Positions 29,877 through 40,997 are shown, counted from the first letter of the stretch. The stretch is 64,000 nt of DNA from Planctomycetales bacterium (GCA_005239675.1 SBBO01000044.1:5408-69407), one strand, 5' to 3'. Numbers and translations are program-made. The notes: a model not told the origin generated them from the letters alone.

Positions 29877-31072
29877 CGGGCAACCAGCCCCTCTTTGTCT
29901 CTGAGCGCGACAATACCGGGAAGCTCTTTTCCCTCCAGAAACTCTAGTGACGCCCCGCCGCCAGTTGAGATATGCGTCATGGCTCGCTCTAAGCCAAACT
30001 TGGTTATGGCGGCAGCCGAATCGCCACCACCAATAATCGTCGTCACCCCTTTCAAGGTCGCCAAGTATTGCGCGATCTCTTTTGTTCCTTCGGCAAATTC
30101 ATTGATCTCAAAGACCCCCATAGGACCGTTCCAGACAACTGTCTTGGCCGTGGCCAGGACCTTTTTGTACGACGCTCGGGTTTGGGGGCCGATATCGACC
30201 GCTTCCCATCCATCAGGGATTTCCTTGACTATCTTACGACCTTGCGGCTTATCAAAACTCTCCACAATCAGGAAATCCTCAGTTAGGGCAACCTGCACCC
30301 CAGCAGCCTTAGCCTTGACCATAAGCTCTCTAGCTAAATCAACCTTATCGTTCTCACAAATCGAATTCCCAATTTTCTTGCCCTGGGCCTTCAGGAACGT
30401 ATACGCCATGCCCCCGCCGATAATAATCGCGTTGGCCTTGGGAATCAAATTCTCAATCAATAAAATTTTATCTGATACCTTGGCCCCACCTAAGATGACT
30501 ACAAAAGGCTTAGGTGGATTCTGGATTGCCTTGCCTAAATAAGTGATCTCTGTTTCCAGAAGAAATCCGGCAACCGAAGGTAAATACTTGGTGATTCCCT
30601 CCGTCGAGGCATGCGCCCGATGCGCTGTCCCAAAGGCATCGTTGACATAAATATCCGCCAGCAGGGCGAGTTGGTGGGCGAAATTTGGGTCATTCTTGAT
30701 CTCTTCCTTATGGAATCGTAAATTCTCCAACAAGATAACCCGCTCGGAACTGGTGTCGATCGCTTTTTGAACGGTATCGCCAATACAGTCTTCTAGCCGC
30801 AGAACTCTTTCTCCTAGGAGCTCCTGAAGTCTTTGGGCAACCGGCCTAAGCCGCATATCATTAATTGCTTGGCCATCAGGACGACCCAAATGACTCATTA
30901 AGATGACTTTTCTGGCCTTCTGTCCTAGAATATATTGGATGGTGGGTAAAGAGGCCTGGATACGCCGGTCATCAGTAATCTTGAGATGATCATCCAATGG
31001 AACGTTGAAATCAACACGGACAATAACCCTCTTGCCCTTGAGATTGATATCTTTGATGGTAAGTTTATTCAT
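29873..31072 (-). CDS. pgk: phosphoglycerate kinase
   Basis: 399 aa. Motifs RVDFNVP, and GGGDS followed by STGGGASLEFLEG. Confidence 0.93.
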   Translation of the reverse strand: MNKLTIKDINLKGKRVIVRVDFNVPLDDHLKITDDRRIQASLPTIQYILGQKARKVILMSHLGRPDGQAINDMRLRPVAQRLQELLGERVLRLEDCIGDTVQKAIDTSSERVILLENLRFHKEEIKNDPNFAHQLALLADIYVNDAFGTAHRAHASTEGITKYLPSVAGFLLETEITYLGKAIQNPPKPFVVILGGAKVSDKILLIENLIPKANAIIIGGGMAYTFLKAQGKKIGNSICENDKVDLARELMVKAKAAGVQVALTEDFLIVESFDKPQGRKIVKEIPDGWEAVDIGPQTRASYKKVLATAKTVVWNGPMGVFEINEFAEGTKEIAQYLATLKGVTTIIGGGDSAAAITKFGLERAMTHISTGGGASLEFLEGKELPGIVALRDKEGLVAR

Positions 31073-31113
31073 GCTAATAAGTTAACTCTTTTTGCTAAAA
31101 ATTATTCCCAGAC

Positions 31114-31142
31114 AAATGATGATATTATAACCAATTTTTTTA
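31114..31142 (-). promoter_or_regulatory. candidate sigma70-type promoter for pgk-tpiA-secG
   Basis: Minus strand reads TTAGAC (31142-31137), a 17-nt spacer, then TATAAT (31119-31114). Lies about 40 nt upstream of the pgk ATG in an AT-rich spacer. Confidence 0.45.
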
Positions 31143-31225
31143 TTTTGTCTAACGAATTGTGTTGAAATCGAAGAATGTTATATTCATCGCTCAAAAATAT
31201 TTTATCAGTGGCTACGGACGAACCC

Positions 31226-32335
31226 TTAGTAAACTCGTGGCAAGCGACTACCAAGGCTACAGACAATCTCATAGTTGATCGTCCCTGCGGCATGGGCCAA
31301 GTCATCCGCAGAGACCTGCGCCTTCTGATCTTTTCCTAAGATAATAACCGGCATCCCTAGATACGGATTCTTAACCTTAGAGACGTCCACCATGATCTGG
31401 TCCATGGTAACACGACCCAACACAGGACAACGCTGTCCACTAATGAGGACAAAGGCCTTGGCGGAAAGTCCGCGTAAATACCCATCACTGTAACCGATGG
31501 GCAGAGTCGCAATGATCATGCGTCGAGGCGCAATAAACATGTGACCATAGCTGATGCTTCTTCCTTTCTCAATACACTTTAAGAAAATAATCCGCGAATG
31601 AACACTCATCACCGGACGGAGCTTAACCTTCTCTTTCAATTGCCGATGTGGGTAAAGACCGTAGAGCATCAACCCTGACCGCGCAAGATTGAAAATTCCA
31701 TCCGGATATTCAACCAACCCCATACTGTTCGCGGCATGAACGCAAGGGATAATAAATCCCTCCTTCCTGAGTTGCCTAACGAGCCTGGTGAATTGCTGGA
31801 TTTGCCTTTGTGTAAACGTGCGATCCGTATCTGCCGATGAAAAATGCGTATATATCCCCTCAACCCGCAGATTCGACAGGCGCCGTATATTGTCCATAAA
31901 TTCCGCTGTCACCTCATGCCAAACACCAAAACGACCCATACCCGTATCCACCTTAACATGGATATCGACCGGGCGCCTCTGTTGACGCGCATAATTGTCC
32001 AACGCCCGGGCCAACTCAAGGGTACATACTGTTGGGGTCAAATCATAATCAACAATCCCCTTCGCCTGTTCGGCCAAGGTTGTCTCAAACAAAAGGACCG
32101 GTGTGCGGATTCCGGCCTTACGTAACGTTATCCCCTCGCTGAGATTGGACAACCCGATAAAATCCACCTTCTCATCGACGAGCAGTCTCGCCACAGGGAT
32201 TATCCCATGCCCATAGGCATCCGCTTTAATCACGGTTAAGATTTTTGCTCTTCCAGCAAGTCGGCGCAGGACACGAAAATTATACCGGATGGCGTTCAAA
32301 TCAATCTGTGCCCAGGTTAAATATTTGTTCATCAT
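31226..32335 (-). CDS. alr: alanine racemase
   Basis: ORF 31226..32389 trimmed to the ATG at 32335 (MMNKYLTWAQIDLNAIRYN). PLP-Lys motif VIKADAYGHG. Confidence 0.9.
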   Translation of the reverse strand: MMNKYLTWAQIDLNAIRYNFRVLRRLAGRAKILTVIKADAYGHGIIPVARLLVDEKVDFIGLSNLSEGITLRKAGIRTPVLLFETTLAEQAKGIVDYDLTPTVCTLELARALDNYARQQRRPVDIHVKVDTGMGRFGVWHEVTAEFMDNIRRLSNLRVEGIYTHFSSADTDRTFTQRQIQQFTRLVRQLRKEGFIIPCVHAANSMGLVEYPDGIFNLARSGLMLYGLYPHRQLKEKVKLRPVMSVHSRIIFLKCIEKGRSISYGHMFIAPRRMIIATLPIGYSDGYLRGLSAKAFVLISGQRCPVLGRVTMDQIMVDVSKVKNPYLGMPVIILGKDQKAQVSADDLAHAAGTINYEIVCSLGSRLPRVY

Positions 32336-32427
32336 ACGCCTTTCGTCCTCGTCCCGTAAAAATCCCTTTGCAATTATCAACCTGCCCATTGCATCAACAT
32401 TAATGCAATTCCAATTCCATATACCCT

Positions 32428-33114
32428 CTACCCTCTTCTACCATCCTGTACTTGGCAATCCTGAGGATACAAATATAGCGGGACCAAACTTTCAATGGCA
32501 TCGTATTTCCCCGCCTTGAACCGCTCGATAGCAAGTGTCGCCAGATGTTGGGCTTGTGGATACAGCAATCTTTTAGGAACAAAATGCGGTTGGATCGTGG
32601 TAATCTTTTTAATCGCTCCCTGAAAGAGTGGTGCACTGTCACCGATAAGCGTGATCTTACCCTTAAGTCTCCTTAATACATCTTCCATATCCGTTAATAA
32701 ATATTTACTCTTCCTGCGTAGGGTCGACCCTTTCTTTTCATAAAGACAGGCATAGACGAGATTACGCCTCGCGTCACAGACCACGCAGACCTTGCCGTCA
32801 TGAGGCACGGCCATCGCTAAGGCATCTAAGCTGGGAATTCCCACAACCGGCTTACGGGTGACAAAGACCAAGCCCTTAATGGTCGCCAGGCCCACCCGCA
32901 GACTGGTAAACGACCCCGGCCCAAGCCCAACGACAAATCCATTGAGTGCGGGTAGCGTCAGATGCGATTCCCTCAAAATCGCCTCGATCGCTGACATAAT
33001 CACATCCGAAAGGACTTTCTTTGAAGAGATATTGCAGTAACGGACCAATACGCCCTCACGGACAACTGCCAAGCTAAAACGCTTAGTTGAGGTATCAATG
33101 GCTAAGAGATTCAT
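32428..33114 (-). CDS. tsaB: tRNA t6A37 biosynthesis protein TsaB
   Basis: 228 aa. Motifs MNLLAIDTSTKRFSLAV and GPGSFTSLRVG. Confidence 0.88.
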   Translation of the reverse strand: MNLLAIDTSTKRFSLAVVREGVLVRYCNISSKKVLSDVIMSAIEAILRESHLTLPALNGFVVGLGPGSFTSLRVGLATIKGLVFVTRKPVVGIPSLDALAMAVPHDGKVCVVCDARRNLVYACLYEKKGSTLRRKSKYLLTDMEDVLRRLKGKITLIGDSAPLFQGAIKKITTIQPHFVPKRLLYPQAQHLATLAIERFKAGKYDAIESLVPLYLYPQDCQVQDGRRG

Positions 33115-33575
33115 AACGCCTCTACAACTTGATGGTATCTTTTCCCAAAGGCGAATAAATTAATCAACCGCTGATCTTCGTCCTTATGCATCAGTTCGAT
33201 ACGTAAATATTCTTGGGGAGTCAGATCGCCCAACCGCTCGGCCCATTCGATCATCGCGACCCCATCCCCATATAGAAATTCCTCATAACCAATTGCGTTT
33301 ATGTCATTGACTGACTCAATCCGGTACAAGTCAAAATGGTATAACGATAGGCCTGCCTGTCCGGTGTACACGTTCATCAAGACAAACGTCGGGCTATGAA
33401 CCTGCATGGGAGAAATCCCCAGCCCCTGAGCAACGCCCTTGATCAATGTTGTCTTACCGCTTCCCAACTCGCCTTCCAAACAGACGATGTCACCCTTACG
33501 CAAATGCCTAGCCAACTGTCTGCCCAATCGTGCGGTCTGCCGCGCGCTTGTCGATAATACCTGAATTGTCTTCAT
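33111..33575 (-). CDS. tsaE: tRNA t6A37 biosynthesis ATPase TsaE
   Basis: 154 aa. Motifs GELGSGKTTLIKG and SPTFVLMNVY, and HFDLYR. Confidence 0.88.
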   Translation of the reverse strand: MKTIQVLSTSARQTARLGRQLARHLRKGDIVCLEGELGSGKTTLIKGVAQGLGISPMQVHSPTFVLMNVYTGQAGLSLYHFDLYRIESVNDINAIGYEEFLYGDGVAMIEWAERLGDLTPQEYLRIELMHKDEDQRLINLFAFGKRYHQVVEAL

Positions 33576-34477
33576 TAGAAATGGGTGTATCCCTGAGGAG
33601 AAATCTTGCTTAATATATTTTTTTGATCCCGAATCATCAATTGCCGGGGGGAGGCAACAATGGCACCGATAGGATACAATGGGAACCTAGGCTGTTTGCG
33701 TAAAGACGCGGCCGTGCGCGGTGGAATCGTAAAAATAAGCTCAAAGTCCTCCCCATCATATAGCGCCTGGCACGTGCTGGCGCCGGCGCGCCGGGGGATC
33801 AATCCTTCTCCCACCATAGCGCCCACTCGACTGGCCTTAAGAATATGTCCCAGATCCGCGGCCAGTCCGTCGGATATATCAATCATGGCGGTCGGCTTGA
33901 GGTAGCGCACCAGATACTGCGCCTCTTTAACTCGCGGGATAAATTTTAGATGCCAGCCAGTCGATAATGATCTTCCCAGCACACCCGTCACAAAAATTAT
34001 ATCCCCGGGCTGGGCGCCCTTACGGTAAATGACCTTGGTCTTCTTGGCCTCACCCGTCAAGGCGATATTAATCACAACCTTGGCGCTCTTGACCGTATCA
34101 CCACCGACGATTGCAACGCCAAATTGACGTGCCAGGGCGTCCATCCCTTTATATAAATCACGAACAAAGGCCCAGGACAGCTCTCCTGGGACACCAAGCG
34201 ACACCAACGCATAACGTGGCCTACCCCCCATCGCCGCGATATCACTTACACTGCACGCGAGCGCCTTATGCCCAATCAAATGCGGCGAGGTCTTACGTTC
34301 AAAATGCACGCCTTCTAAAAGCATATCTGTTGTCAAGAGAAGATACCTTTGGTCATCCAATGGGACAATAGCCGTATCATCTCCGATGCCCTTCATCACC
34401 GGCGCGCCGGAACCTTGATATCTTTTAAGAAGTTCAATAAGCCCGAATTCACCGAGCTGGGACAACCGTTTTGACAT
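33575..34477 (-). CDS. thiL: thiamine-monophosphate kinase
   Basis: 300 aa. GEFGLIELL followed by IGDDTAIV, with AIR synthase-like N- and C-terminal domains. Confidence 0.88.
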   Translation of the reverse strand: MSKRLSQLGEFGLIELLKRYQGSGAPVMKGIGDDTAIVPLDDQRYLLLTTDMLLEGVHFERKTSPHLIGHKALACSVSDIAAMGGRPRYALVSLGVPGELSWAFVRDLYKGMDALARQFGVAIVGGDTVKSAKVVINIALTGEAKKTKVIYRKGAQPGDIIFVTGVLGRSLSTGWHLKFIPRVKEAQYLVRYLKPTAMIDISDGLAADLGHILKASRVGAMVGEGLIPRRAGASTCQALYDGEDFELIFTIPPRTAASLRKQPRFPLYPIGAIVASPRQLMIRDQKNILSKISPQGYTHF

Positions 34478-34481
34478 CTTC

Positions 34482-35522
34482 CTAGTCCCGGAAAGTTTTC
34501 TGAATATTGCGTTTAAATGGTGGACGGATGATTCCCTTTTCAGTCACGATTGCCGTAATGAGGGCATGATCCGTGACGTCAAAGGCGGGATTATAGACCT
34601 TAACCTGTTGGGGCGCCGTTAGACGGCCGCCAAACCCTAATACCTCTTCCCGGTTTCTTTCTTCGATGGGGATCTCTTGACCTGTGGCGATGGAAAGGTC
34701 AAAACTAGACTCGGGCGCGACTACGTAGAAAGGAATTTGATGATGTCGGGCCAAGACAGCAAGATTATAGGTGCCAATTTTATTGGCCGTATCACCATTG
34801 GCGGCGATACGGTCGGCACCGGTAAAGACAGCATCAATCTTGCCCTGCCTCATCAAGGTTGCCGCCATGTTGTCACAAATAAGGGTCGTGTCAATTTTTG
34901 CCTTCAAGAGTTCCCAGGTGGTCAATCGCGCGCCTTGCAAGAGGGGACGTGTCTCGCAAGCATATACCGCAAATTTCTTGCCTTGCCTTTTGGCCGTGTA
35001 CATGACACCCAGGGCCGTTCCATAATCGACGGTCGCCAGGGCCCCAGCATTACAGACCGTCATCAGACGACTGCCCGAACGTACTAGTCGCGCCCCCCAA
35101 CTGCCCATCTGCCGACAACGCCTGCGGTCTTCTTTGCCAATTGCTAATGCCTCTTTTCTTAAAAGACTTTTTAGTTGCGTAACGCTAGCCTCAGGATAAC
35201 ACCGGATAACCTGTTTCATCCTTGCCAAGACATTAAAAAGATTAACTGCTGTTGGACGGGAAGTGGCTAGGTAAGTGCTAATCTTATCAACGTGCCAAAC
35301 AAATCGCTTCCTATCATTTCCTGGAAAACTCTTGATCCCCAATAAGACCCCTAATGCCGCCGCAACCCCCAGGGCTGGCGCACCGCGCACACTCAACCGA
35401 CGAATCGCCTGCCAGAGCGTTTTAACATCACGGCAATGGATATATTCTAGTTTCTGCGGTAGTTGGGTCTGGTCAATAAGCTTAACACAACCCTTGTGCC
35501 AACTGATTGTTGCCATAGCCAT
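34482..35522 (-). CDS. mtnA: S-methyl-5-thioribose-1-phosphate isomerase (eIF-2B alpha/beta/delta-like family)
   Basis: 346 aa. Motifs VRGAPALGVAAA, TVCNAGALAT and GADRIAANGDTANKIGTY. Confidence 0.85.
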   Translation of the reverse strand: MAMATISWHKGCVKLIDQTQLPQKLEYIHCRDVKTLWQAIRRLSVRGAPALGVAAALGVLLGIKSFPGNDRKRFVWHVDKISTYLATSRPTAVNLFNVLARMKQVIRCYPEASVTQLKSLLRKEALAIGKEDRRRCRQMGSWGARLVRSGSRLMTVCNAGALATVDYGTALGVMYTAKRQGKKFAVYACETRPLLQGARLTTWELLKAKIDTTLICDNMAATLMRQGKIDAVFTGADRIAANGDTANKIGTYNLAVLARHHQIPFYVVAPESSFDLSIATGQEIPIEERNREEVLGFGGRLTAPQQVKVYNPAFDVTDHALITAIVTEKGIIRPPFKRNIQKTFRD

Positions 35523-35530
35523 ACTGTATC

Positions 35531-37039
35531 TTATGTTTCTACCCGCGGGAAAAGCGCTTCATGACTCTTAAGTTTTATGCCCGCTTTCAACTTACCCCAA
35601 AGGGGTGCCGTCCCTGTTGCCCCAAGAATATCCAAGACGGTGTGCGTACGCCCTGGCATGACTGGCGAAAGCAAGACAGCGCTAATCCTTAAGGCCTCGG
35701 TTGACGTATAAAGAATCGTGCCTGCCCGGACCAGGTTAGTCTTAGCGACTTTCCACGGCGCCTGCACCTCTAAATACTTATTAACCTGGCGCACCAGCTG
35801 CAAGATCTCTTCAATTGCCTCATGAACGCGCATGGCGTTGATTAAATCTTGAATCTTTTGAACCAAATTATTGGCCGTGGTTCGAATTTCCTCTTCTGGC
35901 GTACCCCTTGTGCCTTCTAGAGGGACAGACCCGTTAAAGTACTTACCTATAAGACCACTGACACGGTTGAGAAGATTACCAAAATCATTAGCGAGGTCAC
36001 TATTGTAGCGCTTGATAAACGATTCTAGAGTAAAATGGGCATCTTGCCCTAAGACCATTTCGCGCATTAAATAATACCGCACCGGATCAACGCCATATTG
36101 ATCAATGAGACTCAAAGGGTCGATGACATTGCCTAAAGACTTACTCATCTTAGTCTCACCTATGAGCCACCAGCCGTGAGCAAAAATAGTCTTAGGCAAT
36201 GGTAACTCCAATGCAAACAACATCGTTGGCCAATACACCGCGTGCGTCGTTAGAATATCTTTCCCAATCAAGTGTACCGAAGCCGGCCACCAGTTCCGGA
36301 GTTTCTCCTCATCCTCAGAGTATCCGGCAGCTGTAAGATAATTAATGAGCGCATCAAACCAGACATAGGTGACATAATCCTTATCAAAAGGAATCTCAAT
36401 GCCCCAGCCCATCCGCGCCTTTGGCCGCGAGATGCACAGATCCCCCAATGGCTGGCGCAAAAACCCTAAGACTTCATTCCTGCGGTACTCAGGCTGGATG
36501 AACCCTGGATGGGTATTGATATAATCGATAAGTCTTTGTTGATACTTACTCATCTTAAAAAAATAATTACGTTCTTTAAATCTCTTAATCTCGCGGAATT
36601 GTCCTGATTCTTTTTCCGTCTGCGTGATAAACCGCTCCTCAGCAACTGAATACCATCCTTCGTACTCACTCGAATAAACATCGCCACCCTCATCAATCTT
36701 GCGCAAGGCCTTCTGCACTGCCTTGATGTGACGCTTCTGGGTTGTGCGGATAAAATCGTCGTTTTGAATATCTAGCTTTTGCCAAAGGCTTACAAAACTT
36801 GCTGCCAGTTCATCGCAATGGCTTTGCTCACAAAGCCCACGCCCCTGGGCAGCCTGCTGAACCTTCTGGCCGTGTTCGTCAAGACCAGTCAAGAAAAATA
36901 CGTCCTGCCCCTGCCAACGGTGATAACGGGCCAATACGTCCGCCAAGATCGTCGTGTAGGCATGCCCGATGTGTGGGTTATCGTTAACGTAATAAATGGG
37001 GGTTGTGACGTAGAAATCGGAGCGTAAATTCATCATCAT
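35531..37039 (-). CDS. metG: methionine--tRNA ligase (short form, no C-terminal tRNA-binding domain)
   Basis: 502 aa. HIGH motif PHIGHAYT and KMSKS motif KMSKSLGN. Confidence 0.92.
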   Translation of the reverse strand: MMMNLRSDFYVTTPIYYVNDNPHIGHAYTTILADVLARYHRWQGQDVFFLTGLDEHGQKVQQAAQGRGLCEQSHCDELAASFVSLWQKLDIQNDDFIRTTQKRHIKAVQKALRKIDEGGDVYSSEYEGWYSVAEERFITQTEKESGQFREIKRFKERNYFFKMSKYQQRLIDYINTHPGFIQPEYRRNEVLGFLRQPLGDLCISRPKARMGWGIEIPFDKDYVTYVWFDALINYLTAAGYSEDEEKLRNWWPASVHLIGKDILTTHAVYWPTMLFALELPLPKTIFAHGWWLIGETKMSKSLGNVIDPLSLIDQYGVDPVRYYLMREMVLGQDAHFTLESFIKRYNSDLANDFGNLLNRVSGLIGKYFNGSVPLEGTRGTPEEEIRTTANNLVQKIQDLINAMRVHEAIEEILQLVRQVNKYLEVQAPWKVAKTNLVRAGTILYTSTEALRISAVLLSPVMPGRTHTVLDILGATGTAPLWGKLKAGIKLKSHEALFPRVET

Positions 37040-37202
37040 GACGGGAAGGTCTTTCCGGTGCAGATTGTCATTAACGTAGGGTACTTTGTTAAAAGATATT
37101 TCTTGCGTTCATCTCAAGATAAGGGCAGCGCGTGCACAATGCTATCTGCTTTATCGAAAAATTCTTGTCTCATTGCCCAATCAATATCCCAGTAAAGACC
37201 TA

Positions 37203-37997
37203 CTAGGCATTGACCGGGAAAGCGGTCTTAACAATCTTGCCTTCGCCAAGGTCGATGGTGACCAGGCGTTTGAGGATATTGACGTCAATCACCCTTCCTT
37301 TTCCATCATCCATGATCATCTTGTCGCCAACATGAGGAAGGTCCTTGGAAAGCTCTTTGTACACCTGAAATTCATAGGCCATGCAACATTTGATGCGCCC
37401 GCAAACTCCCGATATGCGCGACGGGTTCAAGGGTAACCCCTGTTCTTTGGCCATCTTGACGGAGAGTGGATGAAAACCCTTCAGGTACGAAGAGCAACAC
37501 AGTTCCCGGCCACAAACGCCATAGCCGCCAATGATCTTGGCCTTGTCACGCACACCGATTTGTTTTAATTCAATGCGCATGCGAAACACCTTGGCCAAGT
37601 CCTTAACGAGATTACGAAAATCGATGCGGCCATCAGCTAGGAAAAAGAAAAAAATCTTGCTACTGTCAAAGGTATATTCAGCCTTGACGATATTCATCTG
37701 AAGTTGGCAGTCGTTGATCTTACCCATGCACGCATTGATGGCATCCTGCACCTTGGTGCGGTTATTGGCAATCTGTCTTAAATCGCCTTCGGTTACCTTG
37801 CGTAGAATCCGACCGCTGACCTTGCCAGCTACCTTAGTTGGGCATACGGCGCTGATCGAAGAAACAACCTGGCCAAACTCAGAACTGTGCTCCACTTCGA
37901 GAATCACATAATCACCGCGATCGCAGGCAAGATCGTTTAAGGAGTAGAAGCCCACCTCACGGTATTCCCCTAATCGGACTTGGACAATTTGGCTCAT
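37203..37997 (-). CDS. ricT: PSP1 domain protein (YaaT/RicT family)
   Basis: 264 aa. PSP1 C-terminal domain with a Cys cluster (CGRELCCSSY...CGRIKCCMAYE). Positioned after holB, as in Bacillus. Confidence 0.8.
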   Translation of the reverse strand: MSQIVQVRLGEYREVGFYSLNDLACDRGDYVILEVEHSSEFGQVVSSISAVCPTKVAGKVSGRILRKVTEGDLRQIANNRTKVQDAINACMGKINDCQLQMNIVKAEYTFDSSKIFFFFLADGRIDFRNLVKDLAKVFRMRIELKQIGVRDKAKIIGGYGVCGRELCCSSYLKGFHPLSVKMAKEQGLPLNPSRISGVCGRIKCCMAYEFQVYKELSKDLPHVGDKMIMDDGKGRVIDVNILKRLVTIDLGEGKIVKTAFPVNA

Positions 37998-38962
37998 ATC
38001 ATCTGCGCGATTAACATTAGCGGTATTTTGACATTAAGATTTTCAACACACAACCGGCACGTCTGGACAATTTCTTCATAAAGATTGACCAGTTCTTTGA
38101 AAGAAAAACGTTGCTGGAAGACCTGGATTTCTCGAATGTGATCGGCGTGTATCAGACGGATCTCTTCAACACCAGACTTGATCAACAGACAATCCCTTAC
38201 CCAGCTCAAGAGAATATCTAAGAACTCTTTAGTCTTGATTTTATCCGATAATACTTCTTTAATGAGGGATTCGCGTTCACCCCCTAAGATAAAACGCCCG
38301 ATAATCTCGTCTTTGGTTTTATCGATACCGCTTTTTCTTAAGGCACGCGCCTTGCCCGGGCACCCTTCGGCAAAATAGGCCAGAAAATGGGCCTGCCTCT
38401 TATCTTTATCATAATACTGAATCAGTCTTGCTGCAAGCTCCCTTTGTGACAGGGGCACAAATGACATCCTGCGGCACCGGGATCGGATTGTCTCAGGGAT
38501 CCGCTCTGGGATCGCCGTTGTCAGAATAAGCAAACTGCCAGGCGATGGCTCCTCCAGTGTCTTTAATAAGGCGTTCGCGGCCTCGACTGTCAGATGTTCC
38601 GCTTCCTTGATAATGCATACTTTCTTCTCAGCCATAAAGGGCTGGAGTCGAATTCTGCTAAGGAGCTGACGGATTTCGTCAATTTTAATTGACTGATCCG
38701 GCCGACCAATCAGGATGTGCACATCGGGATGATTGCCTGAATGGATATTAAGACAGGCGGGGCATCGGTTACAACAATACGGTGAAGCGTCTCTTCTGTC
38801 TTCACAGTTTAAGAATTTTGCCACAGCAAGGGCGGTCGCGCCTTTACCGATATGCGTTGGCCCGACAAATAGATACGCATGTGCGAGACGCTCTTTTTTC
38901 TCAAAGATTACAAAACGATTTAAGACATCCTTATTAATTTCTATATCTTTTCTTGTCATCAA
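37994..38962 (-). CDS. holB: DNA polymerase III subunit delta'
   Basis: 322 aa. Motif HAYLFVGPTHIGKGATA, zinc module CNRCPACLNI, and SRC motif IRSRCRR. Confidence 0.88.
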   Translation of the reverse strand: MMTRKDIEINKDVLNRFVIFEKKERLAHAYLFVGPTHIGKGATALAVAKFLNCEDRRDASPYCCNRCPACLNIHSGNHPDVHILIGRPDQSIKIDEIRQLLSRIRLQPFMAEKKVCIIKEAEHLTVEAANALLKTLEEPSPGSLLILTTAIPERIPETIRSRCRRMSFVPLSQRELAARLIQYYDKDKRQAHFLAYFAEGCPGKARALRKSGIDKTKDEIIGRFILGGERESLIKEVLSDKIKTKEFLDILLSWVRDCLLIKSGVEEIRLIHADHIREIQVFQQRFSFKELVNLYEEIVQTCRLCVENLNVKIPLMLIAQMI

Positions 38963-39606
38963 TCCAATAAGTTATCCACCAGCCGACGTACCAGCAAATG
39001 AATCTCTTGTTTATCCCCATTGACGTTGATGACCTTGATTCGTTCGGGTTCCTGGTGGGCCAGCGCGAGATACCCCTGGCGCACCCGGTTGTGATACAGA
39101 ACACTGCGTCGCTCAATACGATCTTTGGGGCCCTGAATGCGCTGTAGGCCAGCGCGTGGTTCGATGTCAAAGACAAGCGTCAAATCCGGCGTGATACCTG
39201 CCAGGGGATACCCTGCGATCTGACGAATCCACCCAACATCGACACCGCTGCCGTACCCCTGATAGGTAACCGTGGAATCTAAAAAACGATCACACAGGAC
39301 AATGACGCCTTTCCTCAATGCCGGGATAATCTTCTCATGTACTAACTGTGCCCTTGCCGCCATGTACAGCAAGGTCTCGCATCTATCGCTCATCCTGACA
39401 TTCTGAACATCAAGGAGGATACGACGGATTTTCTCACCGATTTTGGTCGCCCCTGGTTCACGCAGAGATAAAACCTTACGTTTTCTCTTTAAACTCTTCA
39501 AGGAAGAACTCTCTAAATACCGCTGGATCAGCGCCATCTGAGTGCTCTTCCCGGAACCCTCCGAACCTTCGAATGTAATCAATCTTCCCCTCACGCCCAT
39601 CGCCAC
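38959..39606 (-). CDS. tmk: dTMP kinase
   Basis: 215 aa. P-loop FEGSEGSGKST, then DRFLDSTVTYQG. Confidence 0.9.
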   Translation of the reverse strand: MAMGVRGRLITFEGSEGSGKSTQMALIQRYLESSSLKSLKRKRKVLSLREPGATKIGEKIRRILLDVQNVRMSDRCETLLYMAARAQLVHEKIIPALRKGVIVLCDRFLDSTVTYQGYGSGVDVGWIRQIAGYPLAGITPDLTLVFDIEPRAGLQRIQGPKDRIERRSVLYHNRVRQGYLALAHQEPERIKVINVNGDKQEIHLLVRRLVDNLLD

Positions 39607-40997
39607 ACCTGACCGTCTTTGGTATCTTCCACGATAATACCTTTTTCCCGCAACGCGTCGCGGATCTTGTCCGATCGCTTAAAATCTTTATTCTTTCGCG
39701 CATCCAAACGTTCGTTAAGGAGATTATTTTGCTCTTGCGTTAGATCGCTGTGCTTTTCTTGAAGAAAAAGTCCTAGGATATCCCTCGATAAACTCTCGAC
39801 AGTATCCACCGCCCGGAAAATAATATCCAAATAATTACTATCCTTGGGCGCGGTGTCGATGAATTTATTGGTGTCATTGATCAAATTAAATAACGACCCC
39901 AGCGCCATCGGCGTATTAAAATCATCGTCCATTGCTTTGATAAACTCGTTACGGTGCCTGGTAACAAATTCGGCCTCAAGAGAACCGACCGACCTTTTAG
40001 TCTCCAGCATCTGATAGGCCTTCCAAAATAGGATATCAAATCGCTCCAAGGCCTTGCGCGCCTCGGACAATTTGCCTTCCGTAAAATCCATAGGACTAGC
40101 ATAATGGGAGGACAAAAAGAACATCTTCCATTGGTCGAGACTGTATTGTTGAAGCGCCTGCGGCACGGTAATACAATTCCCTAACGATTTTGCCATTTTC
40201 TGACCATTGATCGTCAAAAGCCCATGGTGAATCCAATAGCGCGCGAAGGGTTTTCCTGTCAAAGGTTCCGCCTGGGCAATCTCGTTTTCGTGATGAGGAA
40301 AAATCAAGTCGCGGCCGCCGGCGTGAATGTCCAGAGTCTCGCAGTCTAGATGTCTTAGACTCATGCACGAACACTCAATGTGCCAGCCTGGTCGACCCCG
40401 ACCCCAGGGACTCTCCCACCACGGCTCTCCCTCTTTAGATTTTTTCCACAAAGCAAAATCTAAAGGGTCGTGTTTTTTCTCGCTTAGATCAATACGCACC
40501 GCGTCGCGCATCTTGTCCATTGTCTGTCCCGAGAGCTTCCCATACCCCTTGAATTGACGTACCTGGTAATACACATCACCGTCGACCGCATAGGCAAATC
40601 CTCTCTGGATCAATGACTCAATATCTTTAATCATCTCAGGGATATTCTGGGTTGCCTGCGGCTCGATGGTTGCCGGCGGAATACCAAGACTCTTTAAATC
40701 TGCCGTATAGGCATCGATATTTTCTCTGACAACATCTTCAAAACTTTTTCCAGTCTCCTGGGCCTTATGGATAATCTTGTCGTCGACGTCGGTAATGTTG
40801 CGTACAAAGCGCACATCGTAACCCCGATAAGTCAAATAACGACGCATGACCTCAAAGACGTACAGGCTGCGGGCATGCCCGATATGGCAGCGGTCATACA
40901 CTGTTACCCCACAGACATACATGCGAATGGTCTTACCCTCTAGGGGGACAAACTCTTCCTTCTTTTTGCTTAATGAATTGAAGATACGAATCGTCAT
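39591..40997 (-). CDS. cysS: cysteine--tRNA ligase
   Basis: 468 aa. HIGH motif CHIGHARS and KMSKS-like motif KMAKSLGN. Confidence 0.93.
   Translation of the reverse strand: MTIRIFNSLSKKKEEFVPLEGKTIRMYVCGVTVYDRCHIGHARSLYVFEVMRRYLTYRGYDVRFVRNITDVDDKIIHKAQETGKSFEDVVRENIDAYTADLKSLGIPPATIEPQATQNIPEMIKDIESLIQRGFAYAVDGDVYYQVRQFKGYGKLSGQTMDKMRDAVRIDLSEKKHDPLDFALWKKSKEGEPWWESPWGRGRPGWHIECSCMSLRHLDCETLDIHAGGRDLIFPHHENEIAQAEPLTGKPFARYWIHHGLLTINGQKMAKSLGNCITVPQALQQYSLDQWKMFFLSSHYASPMDFTEGKLSEARKALERFDILFWKAYQMLETKRSVGSLEAEFVTRHRNEFIKAMDDDFNTPMALGSLFNLINDTNKFIDTAPKDSNYLDIIFRAVDTVESLSRDILGLFLQEKHSDLTQEQNNLLNERLDARKNKDFKRSDKIRDALREKGIIVEDTKDGQVWRWA

Noticed and set aside
31102-31305. 67-aa minus-strand ORF in the pgk-alr spacer
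   Set aside because: It overlaps the 3' end of alr out of frame and runs through the AT-rich promoter region. It has no SD and no motif.
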